A DNA stretch of 64,000 bases from Octopus bimaculoides (GCF_001194135.2 NC_068982.1:3961266-4025265); one strand, 5' to 3'; shown: positions 1 through 13,809, numbered from the stretch's first letter. The notes: generated from the sequence alone by a model not told the origin. Made by a program: numbers and translations.

Positions 1-299
1 GTGAAAATGACTTTCTAGGGTTGTGTGTAAAAATGATTAACACTCTCGAACAATTAACAGAAGCTTTATCTACTGCATGTAATGTTTTCTATGCTGGTCT
101 TCCGACAAAAACTAACAGTGTCAGTTACACACTGGAGGAGACATACTACAGGAATCTACAACAATTTAACTGGTATAACAATTACAGCTGGCCCATCACA
201 AGTGGAAAATAATCACACTATATAACAATATAATCTGTGTCTTCTAAACTGCCATGAGAATGCAGATGTCAGGTGGCTGCCTCAAAATTCTATGAGCAG

Positions 300-469
300 C
301 AGCCTCACATTCAGAGGCAAAAAGTTGAAAATTTTTGGAGCCCATGACACTGTATGGACCCTAAGTAAGGCATGTGCAAAATTTGAATGAAATCAGTTGG
401 GTAGTTCTCAAGTTTTAGTGATGCACACATACAGACAGATAGACATTCTCAGTTTTATATATATATAGA
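300..469 (-). mobile_element. 5' end of a non-autonomous Helitron-like element
   Basis: Minus strand A|TCTATATATATATAAAACTGAGAATGTCTATCTGTC...TTTCATTCAAATTTT. Confidence 0.5.
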
Positions 470-1254
470 TTACTCCTAAAAATTGAAAACTTTCATACAC
501 CGCAAAAATTACACTTATTTACCATGCTTATATCATCATCACCATCATTTAATGTCTGCTTTCCAGGCTGGCAAATATACCACTTGTGTGAGAGAGAGTG
601 TGTGTGCATCTGAGTCTTATTTTTGTTACTGATTAAACGTCTGCAAATGAAACTTTTACTCAAGGAAGTACTATTTTCTTGTTTTTATTTTCAAAACTTG
701 AAACACTGCAAAATGAAAGCTCAGTGAACTGTGGGTGACGTTTGAAATTATTACTGCGTTACTGGTTTTCCCTGACGCTCTACCTTGTTCATCCAGTACA
801 AACAACACAATGAAATCATTTCAAATTTTAGCTATAGTTATTATATAGTGTTCTCTTTTATACTTTAGTCAAATGTTTTAGGAATAGTTTCTAATAATCT
901 TACTACCTCCTCACATTTTTCTGTTGCACTTATTTTCAACACAAACACTGGCAGAAATAGTAAAAATATTTTATAATTTAACTCTATATAATTTTTTTCT
1001 ATCAGCCTTAGTTTAAAATTTGCTTTCATGAGGTAAAATATTTGATATAAAAATCTCTATTAAATATATATCAGGTTAAGCCAAAAGTTTTTTTAGATTT
1101 CCACTGATCATATTCAGCAACTTGTAGCTCCAAGTTATATCATTAATTTGATATAATTTACTACTTGTCCAGTCTTTGCTGAATTTTTTTTCTTTGTTTA
1201 TTTTCATAAATAACATAAAATTATTGTTCAATCTTTATCTTACAGGTTTGATAA

Positions 1255-1830
1255 TTAGTGGTGAGAATATTGCCACTGACGCTACTTGTGGAAAAAAGGA
1301 TTGGATGGAAGGGCAGTGGCAAAAGAAATAAACGATGTGGAAAGCTCAGGAACTGTCCACAAATGTGTGGCACAAAACTGGTTCAGACATTTCAAGGAAG
1401 GAAATACTAGTCTCAAAGACAAACCGAGGTAAGGGGAGAACCTTCTGTTGTGGAAGATGAAGCCTTACTTGAAATGGTTGAACAACGGCCAAGCAGAAGC
1501 GCTCATGTTGTCAGTAGTACTTGGTCCTTCACAAACCACCTTCTGTTGACACCTCTATGAGCTCAGCTTTGTGAACAGACACTGTTGAGAAGCTCTTCAT
1601 GAACTGACCAATGACCAGGCTCTGTGATATGTGAACATTTGCAAACAACTGCTGGCAGATCCTCAAAATTCCCATTTTTTGCATTGACTTGTAACTGAAG
1701 ATGAAAACTGGATCTATTTTCATAATCATAATATGAGAAATCAGTGGCTTTATTAGAGCCAGGCTTCAGAACCTGTTGTCAAACAAGGGCAGTTTGAACA
1801 GAAAGTCATGTGTGTTTGGTGGAATTTCAT
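1255..1830 (+). mobile_element. Mariner transposase remnant
   Basis: WFRHFKEGNTSLKDKPR, VTEDENWIYF (WIYY motif) and KVM-CVWWN with stops and frameshifts. Confidence 0.75.
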
Positions 1831-3075
1831 GCATTCATAGCCTTGCACTTTTTTTTGCATTAAAATGTAAGCCAACTTTCTCCATTGTGATATTTATAGA
1901 ATTTGCACAGGTTTCTAAATGATTTTCACTTTTTCCAATCAATGCACTTCCAATTCAAACCATAAACATCTTGTCCTTGTGTTGTATGAATCTGTAATCT
2001 TCTCAATTAACCTGTTTCAGTCCAAAACAGCTGTAAAGGAATGGAGAGAAGATGCTAGTTTCAATAGCAAAAACACTCAATCACTTTCTCATTAGCACAT
2101 ACACAAACAATTAGAAGTTTTATCCAAGATGTATAAAAAGTAGTCACAAGAGAAAGTTGAATGGAGATTGTAAAAAAATATTACTAAAAACCGCTACGCA
2201 ATTTTGTCTGATGCTCTGCTCTCTCTGATATATGTTGTCCTTGACCAAGTAAATAAATAAAATATGGGTATTCTTCAAGAGTAGGTGTTTTGCTTTGTTT
2301 CAGGGCAGGACACTAATTTCTACATTGTGTGAGAAATAGGTTATGAGTCCTTTTCAAGAATATTACCAGCAAAAGGTGAAATAACATATCTGGGAGAACT
2401 GGAGAGATTTATCTTTTGTTTAATTAATCACTAGTCTGGTGAATCCTTGGAATTTATCAAAAGATTAACTTCCAATGACAGGTTTAACGTTTTTTAGTTA
2501 ACCAGTTTCGTCTTGTTTCCAGTTTGTGTTTAATATCGATGAAATATTAACTCTATGAATGTGAACCCATGAATATTCATAAGGTAAATGGTTGCCTAAA
2601 TTATGTCAATACAGACAGGCAGTTTAACAGGTTAATGTGTTCTTAAGGTTATTGTAAACAACCAAATACAATAAGGTTAGCACATATGTTTACTGAACAC
2701 ATAGCGTAGTTTTGATCATAATGATTACAGCTATTGTTTCGTGTCCTTGCTCAAGTTATAAGATCAATGTTACCAATATTTATTCAACAGATGCCATAAT
2801 CAATCAAAGAGACTCTTGTACAAGTAGTTCTTACTTTGTTGACATTTTTATTGTGTATGAGTGTCTCAGCTTTTACAATAGGTACTCCATATCTCAGTGT
2901 TATACGAGGTGACAAAAAGAGTATCAGGAAGGGCATTTGGCCTCAAGTCCCCTGCAGTCAATGCTTGCATGGAAAAGCATTGAGTGCAGGTATAACATGA
3001 TGTAATTGAGTATCAGAGTCTAAGTATCATTGGTATGAGTGTACATGTATGAGACCTCATACATGTACACATGTA

Positions 3076-3345
3076 TGAGGTCTGACCAAAAAGTATTGGG
3101 ACTGAGCCGACAAAAGAGAAGACCACAACAGATATCCGTTCAGCATTTGATCTCCTTCAAAGTTCTCCACTTCAGAAGCCTCACACTTTATACAGCGTTG
3201 TTTTCATTGACGGAAACATGCCTGGAACTTCTTTTATGGAATAGCATGCAGCTGCCTCATCACATTCTCTTGGATTTCCTTGACATCTTGAAATCGCGTT
3301 CCTTTCAAGTGCGATTTGATTTTTAGAAAGATTCTTAGGCATAAT
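3076..3345. mobile_element. Mariner-like terminal fragment
   Basis: Begins TATGAGGTCTGACCAAAAAGTATTGGGACT, a mariner TIR-like end. Confidence 0.45.
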
Positions 3346-6300
3346 AACCTTCAAGTCTCTTTGGAATCCAACTATATGATAGACTTATTGGCCAGAGATG
3401 CCCCCCCCCACACACACACACATTTTCTGTGCCATGGTCACTATTTTTTTAATAAATTTTGAGTTTCATTTTGTAGATAAATGTGATGTGTGTTAGTATG
3501 TATGTATGCATAACTGCCAATTTTTTTCTTTCACATTAAATTCCAATACTTTTGTTATCTACACACTCTGAAAGGTATTTATAGAAAATTTCATTAAAAA
3601 ATACCCAATTTTCTGGAAGTTGAGGAAACAAAGCCAACTCATGTGAATTTTCTGAAACTCCTCTCCACACCCCTGAAAAATGTTTTCACAACAAATTCCA
3701 GTATAATCAAAATCTACACAATGTGAAACATATTTGTAGAAAATTTCACTAAAAATTATCCATTTTTCTGAAAGTTATGAAGAAACAAAGTTGGCGGGGC
3801 ACAGTTGTGTATGTATGCCTCTATTATTTCTTGGCACAAAAGAGGTGTTTTTCATGTCCTGTATATACTTCCGTATGAGTATTTTGTATCTAAATTATTA
3901 TTGTAAGACAGTCATACAGCTCAACAATCCCACAGCTTTTGCTTATTTACTTCAAAGCAATCCAACCTTTTCCATGTGACAAACATCATATTCAGTGATA
4001 TTAATTATATAAATAAGTTTGTAGGNNNNNNNNNNNNNNNNNNNNNNNNNNNNNNNNNNNNNNNNNNNNNNNNNNNNNNNNNNNNNNNNNNNNNNNNNNN
4101 NNNNNNNNNNNNNNNNNNNNNNNNNNNNNNNNNNNNNNNNNNNNNNNNNNNNNNNNNNNNNNNNNNNNNNNNNNNNNNNNNNNNNNNNNNNNNNNNNNNN
4201 NNNNNNNNNNNNNNNNNNNNNNNNNNNNNNNNNNNACAAAAGTGAAAGTAACTACACCAAAATAAGGAAGAAAAGAAAAGAATTTTTTAAAGAAAACTGA
4301 ATTCCGTCCAACCCATGCCAGCATGGAAAGCGGATGTTAAACGACGATGATGATGATTACATCATCATCATCGTCGTTTAACATCCGTTTTCCATGCTGG
4401 CATGGGTTGGACGATTCGACCAGAGTCTGGGAAGCCAGGAGGCTGCACCAGGCCCCAATCTGATCTGGCAGTGTTTCTACAGCTGGATGCCCTTCCTAAC
4501 ACCAACCACTCTGAGAGTGTAGTGGGGCTGGACGAGCTGACATCGGCCATGTTCGGATGGTACTTTTTACGTGCTACCGGCACGGGCGTCATCTAACAAG
4601 AATGATATACACTTTTACTTCTTTCAGTCATTTTGACTGCAGCCATGCTAGAGCACCACCTTCAGTCAAACAAATCGACCCCCAGGACTTATTCTTTATA
4701 AGCCTAGTACTTATTCCCTTGGTCTCTTATGCCGAACCAATAAGTTTCTGTGACATAAACACACCAACATGGGTTGTCAAGTGATGGTGGGGGTGGGGTA
4801 CGAACACAGACACACAAATACATACATACATATATCTATCTATCTATATATATATATAGAGAGAGAGAGATAGATAGATAGGCGGTACTCCAGCATGGCC
4901 ACAGTCAAATGACTGAAACAAGTAAAAGAATAAAAGAGTATACGACGGGCTTCTTTCAGTTTCCGTCTACCAAATCCACTCACAAGGCTTTGGNNNNNNN
5001 NNNGAAACAAGTAAAAGAATAAAAGAGTATACGACGGGCTTCTTTCAGTTTCCGTCTACCAAATCCACTCACAAGGCTTTGGTTGGCTCGAGGCTATAGT
5101 AGAAGACACTTGTCCAAGATGCCACTCAATGGGGCTGAACCTGGAACCATGTGGTTGGAAAGCAAGCTTCTTACCACACAGCCACTCCTGCACCTAAATT
5201 AAAATTAAATTTCCATTCATCAAATTAATTAAATTTGTGAACATGTCTCCTTCATTGCTGAACTCAATTCCCCGCATGTGTCAGTGCAAATAGGATGTGA
5301 GCAAAACAGTGTCTGTCCAACATTGTTATCACAGTTTTTCTTGGCCAACATCTGTTTCCTCTCTATATTCTGATTATAAAAACTGCCACTGTTTAAATCC
5401 AGTGTAGAGAAGGATTAACAGCTTCATAAGTATAAATTTCATTGAAGCCCAACCATTGAAAATAAAACGCATAGGTGCAGGCGTGGCCATGTGATAAGAA
5501 GCTTGCTTCCCGACCACATGGCTCTGGGTTCAGTCCCACTGAGTGGCACCTTGGGCAAATGTCTTCTACTATAGCCTCAGGCCGACCAAAGCCTTGTGAG
5601 TGGATTTGGTAGACAGAAACTGAAAGAAGCCCATCACATATATATATATATATATATAAATCGTGATGGCACCTGTGCCCAGCGTCGCCTTCCTGGCACG
5701 TGTAAAGACACTCGAGCGAGATCATTGCCAGTACTGCTGGACTGGCTCCTGTGCAGGTGGCACGTAAAATACACCATTTTGAGCGTGGTCGTTGCCAGTA
5801 CCGCCTGACTGGCTTTCATGCCTGTGGCACGTAAAAGCACCCACTACACTCTCATAGTGGTTGGCTGTAGAAACTCTGCCAAATCAGATTGGAGCCTAAT
5901 GTAGCCATCTGGTTCACCAGTCCTCAGTCAAATCGTCCAACCCATGCTAGCATGGAAAGCAGACGTTAAACGACGACGACGATGATGATGATGATGATGA
6001 TGGTACAGCTGTGTGGTAAGTAGCTTGCTTACCAACCACATGCTCCTGGGTAAGTGTCTTCTACTGTAGCCTCTGGATGACCAAAGCTTTATGAGTTGAC
6101 TTGGTAGATGGAAACTGAAAGAAGCCTGTTGTGTATATGTATGTGTGTGTGTGTGTGTTTGTCCTCCCATCACTGCTTGACAACTGGTGTTGGTGTGTTT
6201 ACATCCATGTAACTTAGCAGTTCAGCAAAAGAGACCAATAAGAATAAGTATCAGGCTTAAAAGACAAAAAAGTACTGTGATCGATTCATTCAATAAAAAA

Positions 6301-6689
6301 TTCTTCAAAGCATGGTGTTCCAGCATGGCCACAGTCTAATGACATGAAAGATAAACGATAAAAATACTCATCAATAAGAAGCTTATATTGTGGAGATTTA
6401 AACTTATTAGAAAATTGCAAACTAATAAAAACCTATGTTAATTATACAAAGGAGATGTCTTCAGCCATTATGCTGTGGTGCCTTTCAATGAAGCATAAGC
6501 TATACGGTTCAGTGACTTTTCGAGGAGAATTAGAAAATGTTTGGACGTATAGAAAACTGGTTTTTATGCTCCACAATGCTGCTACAAATATATATTCCTT
6601 TGTGGTGAAGTATAATGCATGTGACCTTCTCAATTTTAAAATGGTTCTAATATTCACGTCTTAAATAATGAAACATTTACAAAGCTATT

Positions 6690-7260
6690 AGTTCACTGGT
6701 TGTTGTTGTTGACAATGACCAAGGACATCATGTGGGAGAAGAAGAGAGGGCAGAGTGTGTCTGGCTGTGGTTGATCAGTCTGATGTCTGCTTAGAGGGTT
6801 TTTCTGGGCATTGGTGGTGTGCTGGGACCAAAGGCAAGGAGTTGGCTCTGGGTTTACACAGTTTGTGTTTTCTCTGTGCCCCTGCAATCTTGTTCTGTTT
6901 GTTGGAGATGGCCCCTATGTAGGTTCAGCTTTGCCAGTCAGGGCAGCCTTGTGCTTGCATTTCCCAGGTGTTGGTGGGGGTTGATCTCAAAACTCTTCAG
7001 TGAGGCTTGGAATGTGTCTTTGAAGCCCTTTTTCTGTCCACCTTGCATGCACTTGCCTTCTGCCAGTTCACTGTAAAGCAGTCTCTTGAAGAATCAGGCA
7101 TTCGAACAAGGAGGCCTGCCCACCTGACTTGCGCTCCTCAAGAGACTTTCACAAAAAGCTGAAGCTATGCCATAATATTTGAAGTACCTCTTTCAGTGTT
7201 CCAAAGATCAAAAAAAGTTCAAAATTGTTGACATGAGGTTTCTGCTGCCTATAGCATTGA
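6690..7260 (-). mobile_element. RTE LINE C-terminal remnant
   Basis: Minus strand WAG..VRMPDS..LLYSELAEGK..QGGQKR-FKDT pattern. Confidence 0.6.
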
Positions 7261-8316
7261 GCCATATCTATTCAAATTTCTTATTTATAGCTCGGTGAGT
7301 TCAGCTTATCCTGCTTTTCTATAAAAAAAAACCCCACCAAAACACAACATTTGCTGAGTGTAACACAATCCTGTAAAGGGACTTTTCTCTATTACTGAAA
7401 CCTAACAAAATATAACATTATTTTACAGTGTTTTTGTTAACTACATCAATGTGGCTGCATCTATCCCTTGCACTCGTTTACGTCTTAATTAAGCTCACAA
7501 GATTAACATATTCTTTGTTGCGGACTATAACATTCAATCAACTCAACAACTCATAATTAACATGGCCAGCTGTGACTTGGCAAACTATTTTTATCACATC
7601 AGCAATTGAGATTGACAACATTGATTTTTTTAAGTTTAGATACAATTAAAAAATTCTGTTGGAATCTCAGATCAATGTCTTATGAATTTAAAGTTTTAAC
7701 TTACGATGAACATAAATTGTTACGTAAAACAATTACACAATGCATTTACTATAATATTGGTAAGATAACTCATTTACATAATAGACATTAAAGGTAATTA
7801 TGATAATAATGTTTAATTAGATAGGTAAAATAAAATTGGAAAATTAGAGGTCAGATGTCTTGGATAATTTGTTTGTCTCAGCCTGTTGTGAAGTCTAACT
7901 TCAAAAAGGAAAGTTGATTTAGTGATTAAGTGATTAGGCCTATATGAGTCAGAAATGAGATTATGTCAAGATTCCTTCTTGTTGCTTTTAATTAGTCTCA
8001 GGAGACCTATTATTAATAGTCTCCATTTCCTTGTTTGGAATTGGGCTGTTTTCTCTCTTTCCCTGCTCTTCAAAATGATTAAATCACTATTTAACTTTAC
8101 ATGATACACACAAATTGATCTTGTTTTAGTTTTCCTATGTCTCAATTCTCACTCGAAGTATCGTATACTAAACATTCTCTACAATATCTACTAATCAAGA
8201 TCTGTTGTACTTTTATAACATTGTCAATATTTTCTTGTTTTCACTAAAGATAAGAAGATTCAAGTTACAGAACTTCTTAATTAATTCAACAGCAAAATTT
8301 CCTCGAACCACTGTCT

Positions 8317-8862
8317 TTAACCCTTTAAGCATTCAGATTATCCTGTCAAACATTAATCCTTATTTATTCCCATTCATCATCGTTTAACGTCTGTTTTCCA
8401 TGCTGGCATGGGTTGGACGGTTCGATCGGGTTCTGGGAAGCCAGGAGGCTGCACCAGGCTCCAGTCTGATTTGGCAGAGTTTCTACAGCTGGATGCCCTT
8501 CCTAACACCAACCACTCTGAGAGTGTAGTGGGTGCTTTTTACTTGCCACCGGCACAGGGGTCAGAGGGGGCTGGCATTGACCGCGATCGGATGGTGCTTT
8601 TTAAGTGTGTCACCGGCAAGGAAGCCAGTCAAGGCAGCACTGGCATCGACCACGATCGGATGGTGCTTTTTATGTGCCACCGGCCCATTGTCTTGAATTA
8701 ATCATGCACTATCTCTTGTCTTTGAAATTTTGATAGTGTGATTGTTCATTTTTAGAATGACATTGTAGAGTAAGTGTGAGAGGTTGGATCTGGCCATTTT
8801 GAACATAAAACAGGTTGAATATTTGAGCTGGATATGGCTGGTTGAAATGCTAAAGGGCTAAA
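8317..8862. mobile_element. piggyBac-type MITE with nested RTE 3'UTR
   Basis: TTAA|CCCTTTAAGCATT ... AATGCTAAAGGG|CTAA. Confidence 0.55.
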
Positions 8863-9994
8863 CAAAAACTAAACAAACTAATAAAGAAATTTCTAACGTA
8901 ACGAATTTACCAAATTTCCCTGAGCAATCATTTCCTATTGTCTTTAAAATTGGAATTAAAGTTCTTAGTTCTAATTCTTTGAACTGCATATTCTCCAGTT
9001 AAGGCAAGATGGCCATAGCTGGAAAGGCTAATCTAAATGCTAGAGTACTATCAATCAGAGTTGACTAGGTTTATCTAATAACAACAGAAACTATTATATT
9101 GAACTTAATCTATCCAAATGTCTCCAATACAAGAAGAGCATAAGAGCACCTATCCATTAGACGAAATCCGATGTTGATTTGCAAGAAATGTTACAAGTAT
9201 TAAGCGGAGAGGAGTTGGTAGAAATGCTACACGAAATGTTGTACAGTATTCATTCATTAAGAGAATTTCTAAAGAAAATCTGCTGCTTGACAGGCAGGCA
9301 AGTAATGAAAGGTTGTTAATGAAAGATGACAACAGAAACGAAGGTAAATATATCTTGAATATGAAATAGCTATTCAAGGCAACAAAAGGAAGAGGAACAA
9401 TGAAAATTTATGAATAGATGAGGAGAGCATTGATGGGAGATCAGCAAATGATACTGCTTCGTTTTAAAAAAAAATTGATCAGATGAGCTCAGAAGCAAAG
9501 CTTAAGAAGCATTAAAATAAATGAGTGAGAACAGCTTAGAAGTTTTTTTTTAAAAAAGCCATAGATATCTAAACTGTTATGTGAAATTCAGGAAAATTTT
9601 CTCCATCATTAATAATAAAGAACAAATTCTAGAAACTAGTGCATGAAATAAACAGGAAGGAATAACAGTGATATCAGAATGGTGCAAGTTATGGAAGGAA
9701 AATAGTGAAATATCTTATATTATTAGCTGACTGGATGTAAAATACCTGCTGAGGTTCATTATCATATTTATTTGTATATTATTGCAGGTATTTGTGGTTA
9801 ATGCACACCTCTAATTAAGGCCTACCAAATCCATCCACAAGGCTTTGGTCAGCCTGAGGTTAAAGGAGAAGACACTTACCCAAGGTGTCACACACTGGGA
9901 CTGAACCCGGAACCCAGTAGGTATTATTCTTTTATGTATAATACTTACTGATCTTGTTGGTATTAAGATGAGTGGTGGCAAAAGAAATGCTTCG

Positions 9995-10235
9995 TCAAAT
10001 TTAATTTAATTAATGGATATTTCTCCTCAACTTGTTTGTTGTTAATGCAAAGTTTCAGCTGATATACCCTCCAGCCTTCATCAGGTGTCTCGGGGGAAAT
10101 TATGAACCTGGGTTCTCATTCCTAAGGTATTTTTCTATGTTATTATTATTATTATTATTCAAGTCACTGCCTGGAATCGAACTCAGAATCTTGGGGTTAG
10201 TAGCCCGTGCTCTTAACCACTATGCCATATGCCCA
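9995..10235 (-). mobile_element. tRNA-headed SINE-like element with hammerhead-like tail (copy 1)
   Basis: Minus strand: TGGCATAGTGG (A box), GTTCGATTCC (B box), (TAA)n, then GACAC-CTGATGA-AGGCTG..CAGCT-GAAAC. Confidence 0.7.
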
Positions 10236-13200
10236 CAGGCATATGGTGTAATAATAATAATAATAATAACAACGAAAAATACCTTAGGAATGAGACCCCA
10301 GGTTNNNNNNNNNNNNNNNNNNNNNNNNNNNNNNNGGTGGTGGTGGTGGTGGTGGTGTTGACACTTAATGATAATAATTATAGAATTTCAGGAACAAAAC
10401 TATTTGTGTATTATTCTTAATGATTATTGACTTAATCTTCACATATAATGAAAGTATTCCATTCTGGCTTTCTCTGTTGAAGACTGATGAGTTTATTCCA
10501 TGGGACCTGAACCTGCCGGCTGTGCTAAGAATTTGATTCATAGGAAAAGGTAACATTAATATAGGGATTTGAATTCTTTGAGAGAGAAAAAGAAAAGAGA
10601 GGGAGAGAGAGAGACAGACAGAAAACGGTGAAGGGGAGAAAAAGGGAATTAGAGGCTGGAAGAGAAAACAGTATAGAGTAGAGTCGCATCAAAAAGGTAA
10701 GATAAACTTAAATATATATAGGCACAGGTGTGGTTGTGTGGTGAGAAGTTTGCTTCCCAACCAAATGATTGAATGCCACACATCCTCTTCCAAATAAGTT
10801 TTATCTTAATAATTCTGATGCGCACTCTATACGATCTTTTTACTCTTTCGTTTTTCTTGCTCTTATTCTTTTACCTCTTCTTCTCCCACTATTCTATCTT
10901 ATTACTGTCACTCTCTCTCTCTCCCTCACTCCTCCTCCCTTGCTCATGTGGCTCCCACGTAACCATTGGCCATCTTTCTTTCTTCTCCTAACTTGTGTTT
11001 CTTTCTTTCTCTCCATTGTAGCTGGAACAAGGAAGACCTGTTCTTGTCTGTCTCCTGTCCAAGCTTGATTTACGCGTTCGCCACCACGACCTTGTTTAGG
11101 CTTAGCAGCCCTTCCTGTTTATTTTCTCTGTCCTGTTTGTGTTACCTATTTTGACCCTCCGCAAAATCCCAAATTTTATTTAATTTGCTTTTCGGGAGCA
11201 ACTGTTTTATCAAAAGCGTATATTGTTGTTAAATGCCCGAAGTACAAGACTAGAAAAACAGTCAACAGCTGATGAAGGGTCTTTCTTTATGTTGTTTGTT
11301 TTGTTTTCCATTTGTGTCTTTCGTTGTTCGAAAGAATAGTTCATGTTCCATGTACTTATGTTTCGTATTATTTGTGTATGTCTTTTGTATCTATGATTGT
11401 CCTCCAGCACCACTTGACAACAGGTGTTGGTGTGGCAGTTCGGAGGAATAAGTACCAGGCTCAGAGAACAATAAGTGCAGGGGTCGATTTATTTGACGAA
11501 AAATTCTTCAAGGCGGTGCCCCAGCATGGCCGCAGTTTAAATGACTGAAACAAATAAAAGATGAAAGAAAAAAAAAATGTAATACTCACTACAGTAGCAA
11601 TTATTGATATGATTTGTCCCTGAGATCTAAATCAAAACATGTCTCTAGAAAAAATAAAGCAAAAACAGAAAATATCGATAACTTGATTCATTAAAGAAGA
11701 TTGTAGCAATTGTGATTGATTGCTTAGGAAGATGGTTGGCAGTTGACAGACAAGAGATAATTCAGAGGGAAAAAAGTAAACGAGGAAGGCGGGAAGCAGA
11801 CACTTGGCTGTGTGCAAACAAAATGATGTTGAGAAAAATATCGTCAGGATTTTGTGAAATAGATTAAACTTAATTCTTATAAATAGTTAATAAACTCTTG
11901 GTTGTCTGGCATCATTGTAGACTTTAACAATAACCATACTTATGGTAACCCAAATAAAAGATTTGTTTAGAAAAGAAAGCATTTTTGTGGTGGGAGACAG
12001 ATGTAGTTGACAGAAGACAGTCGCTATGTTTGGTACTTGTATTAACGTTGAAGAAATGTAAGAGATTAATTCAATGTGATTTTAATGTAGAATATAGGAG
12101 ACAGATCTCAATACTGGAAATTCATTTAATCTCATATTTGATAAGTCACAACTAGGACTCGATTAAAACCATGTGGGGTCCCAGGGCACTTCAAGTTTGG
12201 TGGGTCGCTCATACACAAGAATTAAAATCTTGGAAAGTTATAAAATTTAAAACTCAAAACTCGTTTAATTTATGTAATTGAATTTGATGAGTTAGCAGAG
12301 AAAGTTTAAATCAATGACTGGAAACGCTTTTCAAAATTCAAATTTCGTTTTTTACACATCCACTTGTGACAATGAAGGAAGAGGAGAGGGGATAAGATTT
12401 TTTTCTTTCTTTTAATGCGATTTACATATATTTCAGAATGTGGAATACGATAAAATGACAGAATAGGCGCAATAAATGCATGTGTGGTGTGTGTGCGTGA
12501 GTGGGTGGGTGGGTGGAGATACCAACATGAAAAAGACATGGATTGAAATAAAACCTTTCTCAAAAGTAGTCATAAAGAACAGTGAAAATAATGAAATGAA
12601 ATATTATCCAAAAGTGAACCATTCTGAAAGATGCTTTGTCATCTGAAAACATTCATCGCCTGTTTTCCCATATTTTTCCCTCCAAAAAACTCAGCTGAAT
12701 CTTAACAAGAAAAATGCAAAACGCAGATTCAAGAGTATGATGGGAAGTAGACAAAATTTGCAGTTTACATGTCTTTATACATGTGGAGGGCTTTTTTTAA
12801 TCGTGGGTGCCACTGACTTGCTCGTGTGCATGACACAGGTGCACGCGTCCACTGACAAGCGCGGGTGTACACGTTGGTTCCAGTCTTCTTAAGTAGTACT
12901 CAAAATGGGGATGCGGGGATCTGCAATATAATAGTTTGAAAATAGGAGAAAATAATAAGAAATTAGAAGTTACTCATTTTGCCCCACTTCCCTATAGTAA
13001 TTTCAAGTGTTTGAGCAAAGGATGAAAAATATAGAAAAAGAAAGAAAAAGGTTCCATTTAATGAAAAACATTTGAACATGTTACGGAGATGTACTTGCAT
13101 AGCAAGTGACCTGATCTGAGATCGTGTGCTGGAACGAAAACAATTGCAGCGTGGAAGGTGTTTATAAGCCATTTAAGAAACACATTTTGGCAAATTAAAT

Positions 13201-13809
13201 TTAAATGTTGAAGTGAATCTAACGGTTTTTGTGTGTTTCTTAAATGGCTTATAAACACCTTCCATGCTGCAATTGTGTTGATTTGAACATATTTACCATA
13301 ATTCTAAAGTCCCCCCAAAATGCTTACTTGTTTCATAAAATAAGACCAATTTTAAATGCCTTGCTGAAATAATTAAGTTTAGAAGTAACATGGATGTGTG
13401 CGTGCCTCTAACTGCAAGTGGTCAAACCAAGGTCACTACTCAGTCATGCGTAGAAAGAAAGAATTTGCCCTAGAGACACTAACTTCTTCCTATCAATCTC
13501 TTTATCTTTACATTCATACTTACACTCATTCACGCATACATATATACATACACATATACACACACACGCAGACACAAACATACATACAAGTAACTAACTT
13601 TATTAAAAAATCGAAAATTAACCTCCTTCCCAACTCTACAAACAAAAACGAAAACGTGGATAAGACCACCATGTGGCTTTGCAGCTGTCGACATTCCGAC
13701 AGATTCCATTGTNNNNNNNNNNGATAAGACCACCATGTGGCTTTGCAGCTGTCGACATTCCGACAGATTCCATTGTGCCTGCCAGCCAAACTACATTACT
13801 GGCTCAAGT

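Noticed and set aside
21-212. Short ORF at the window start
   Set aside because: No recognisable homology; adjacent to Helitron-like sequence.
3952-4324. Long ORFs containing X runs (also 16417-17133 and 48734-49255)
   Set aside because: They read through N-gaps and are artefacts.
4915-5080. Apparent tandem duplication across a short N-gap (also 13660-13775, 37320-37448, 56789-56870)
   Set aside because: Identical sequence on both sides of small gaps is the signature of overlapping contig ends, not biology.
5470-5545. tRNA-like A/B-box sequences here and at other SINE heads
   Set aside because: They continue into SINE bodies and show no full cloverleaf, so they are not called tRNA genes.
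9160-9310. Exon-like open stretch (plus SDVDLQEMLQVLSGEELVEML..., minus ..EILLMNEYCTTFRVAF..)
   Set aside because: No recognisable homology and no partner exons could be phased.
11265-11340. CTGATGA..CGAAA spacing resembling a third hammerhead
   Set aside because: No convincing stem I or II pairing and no GAAAC-GUH.
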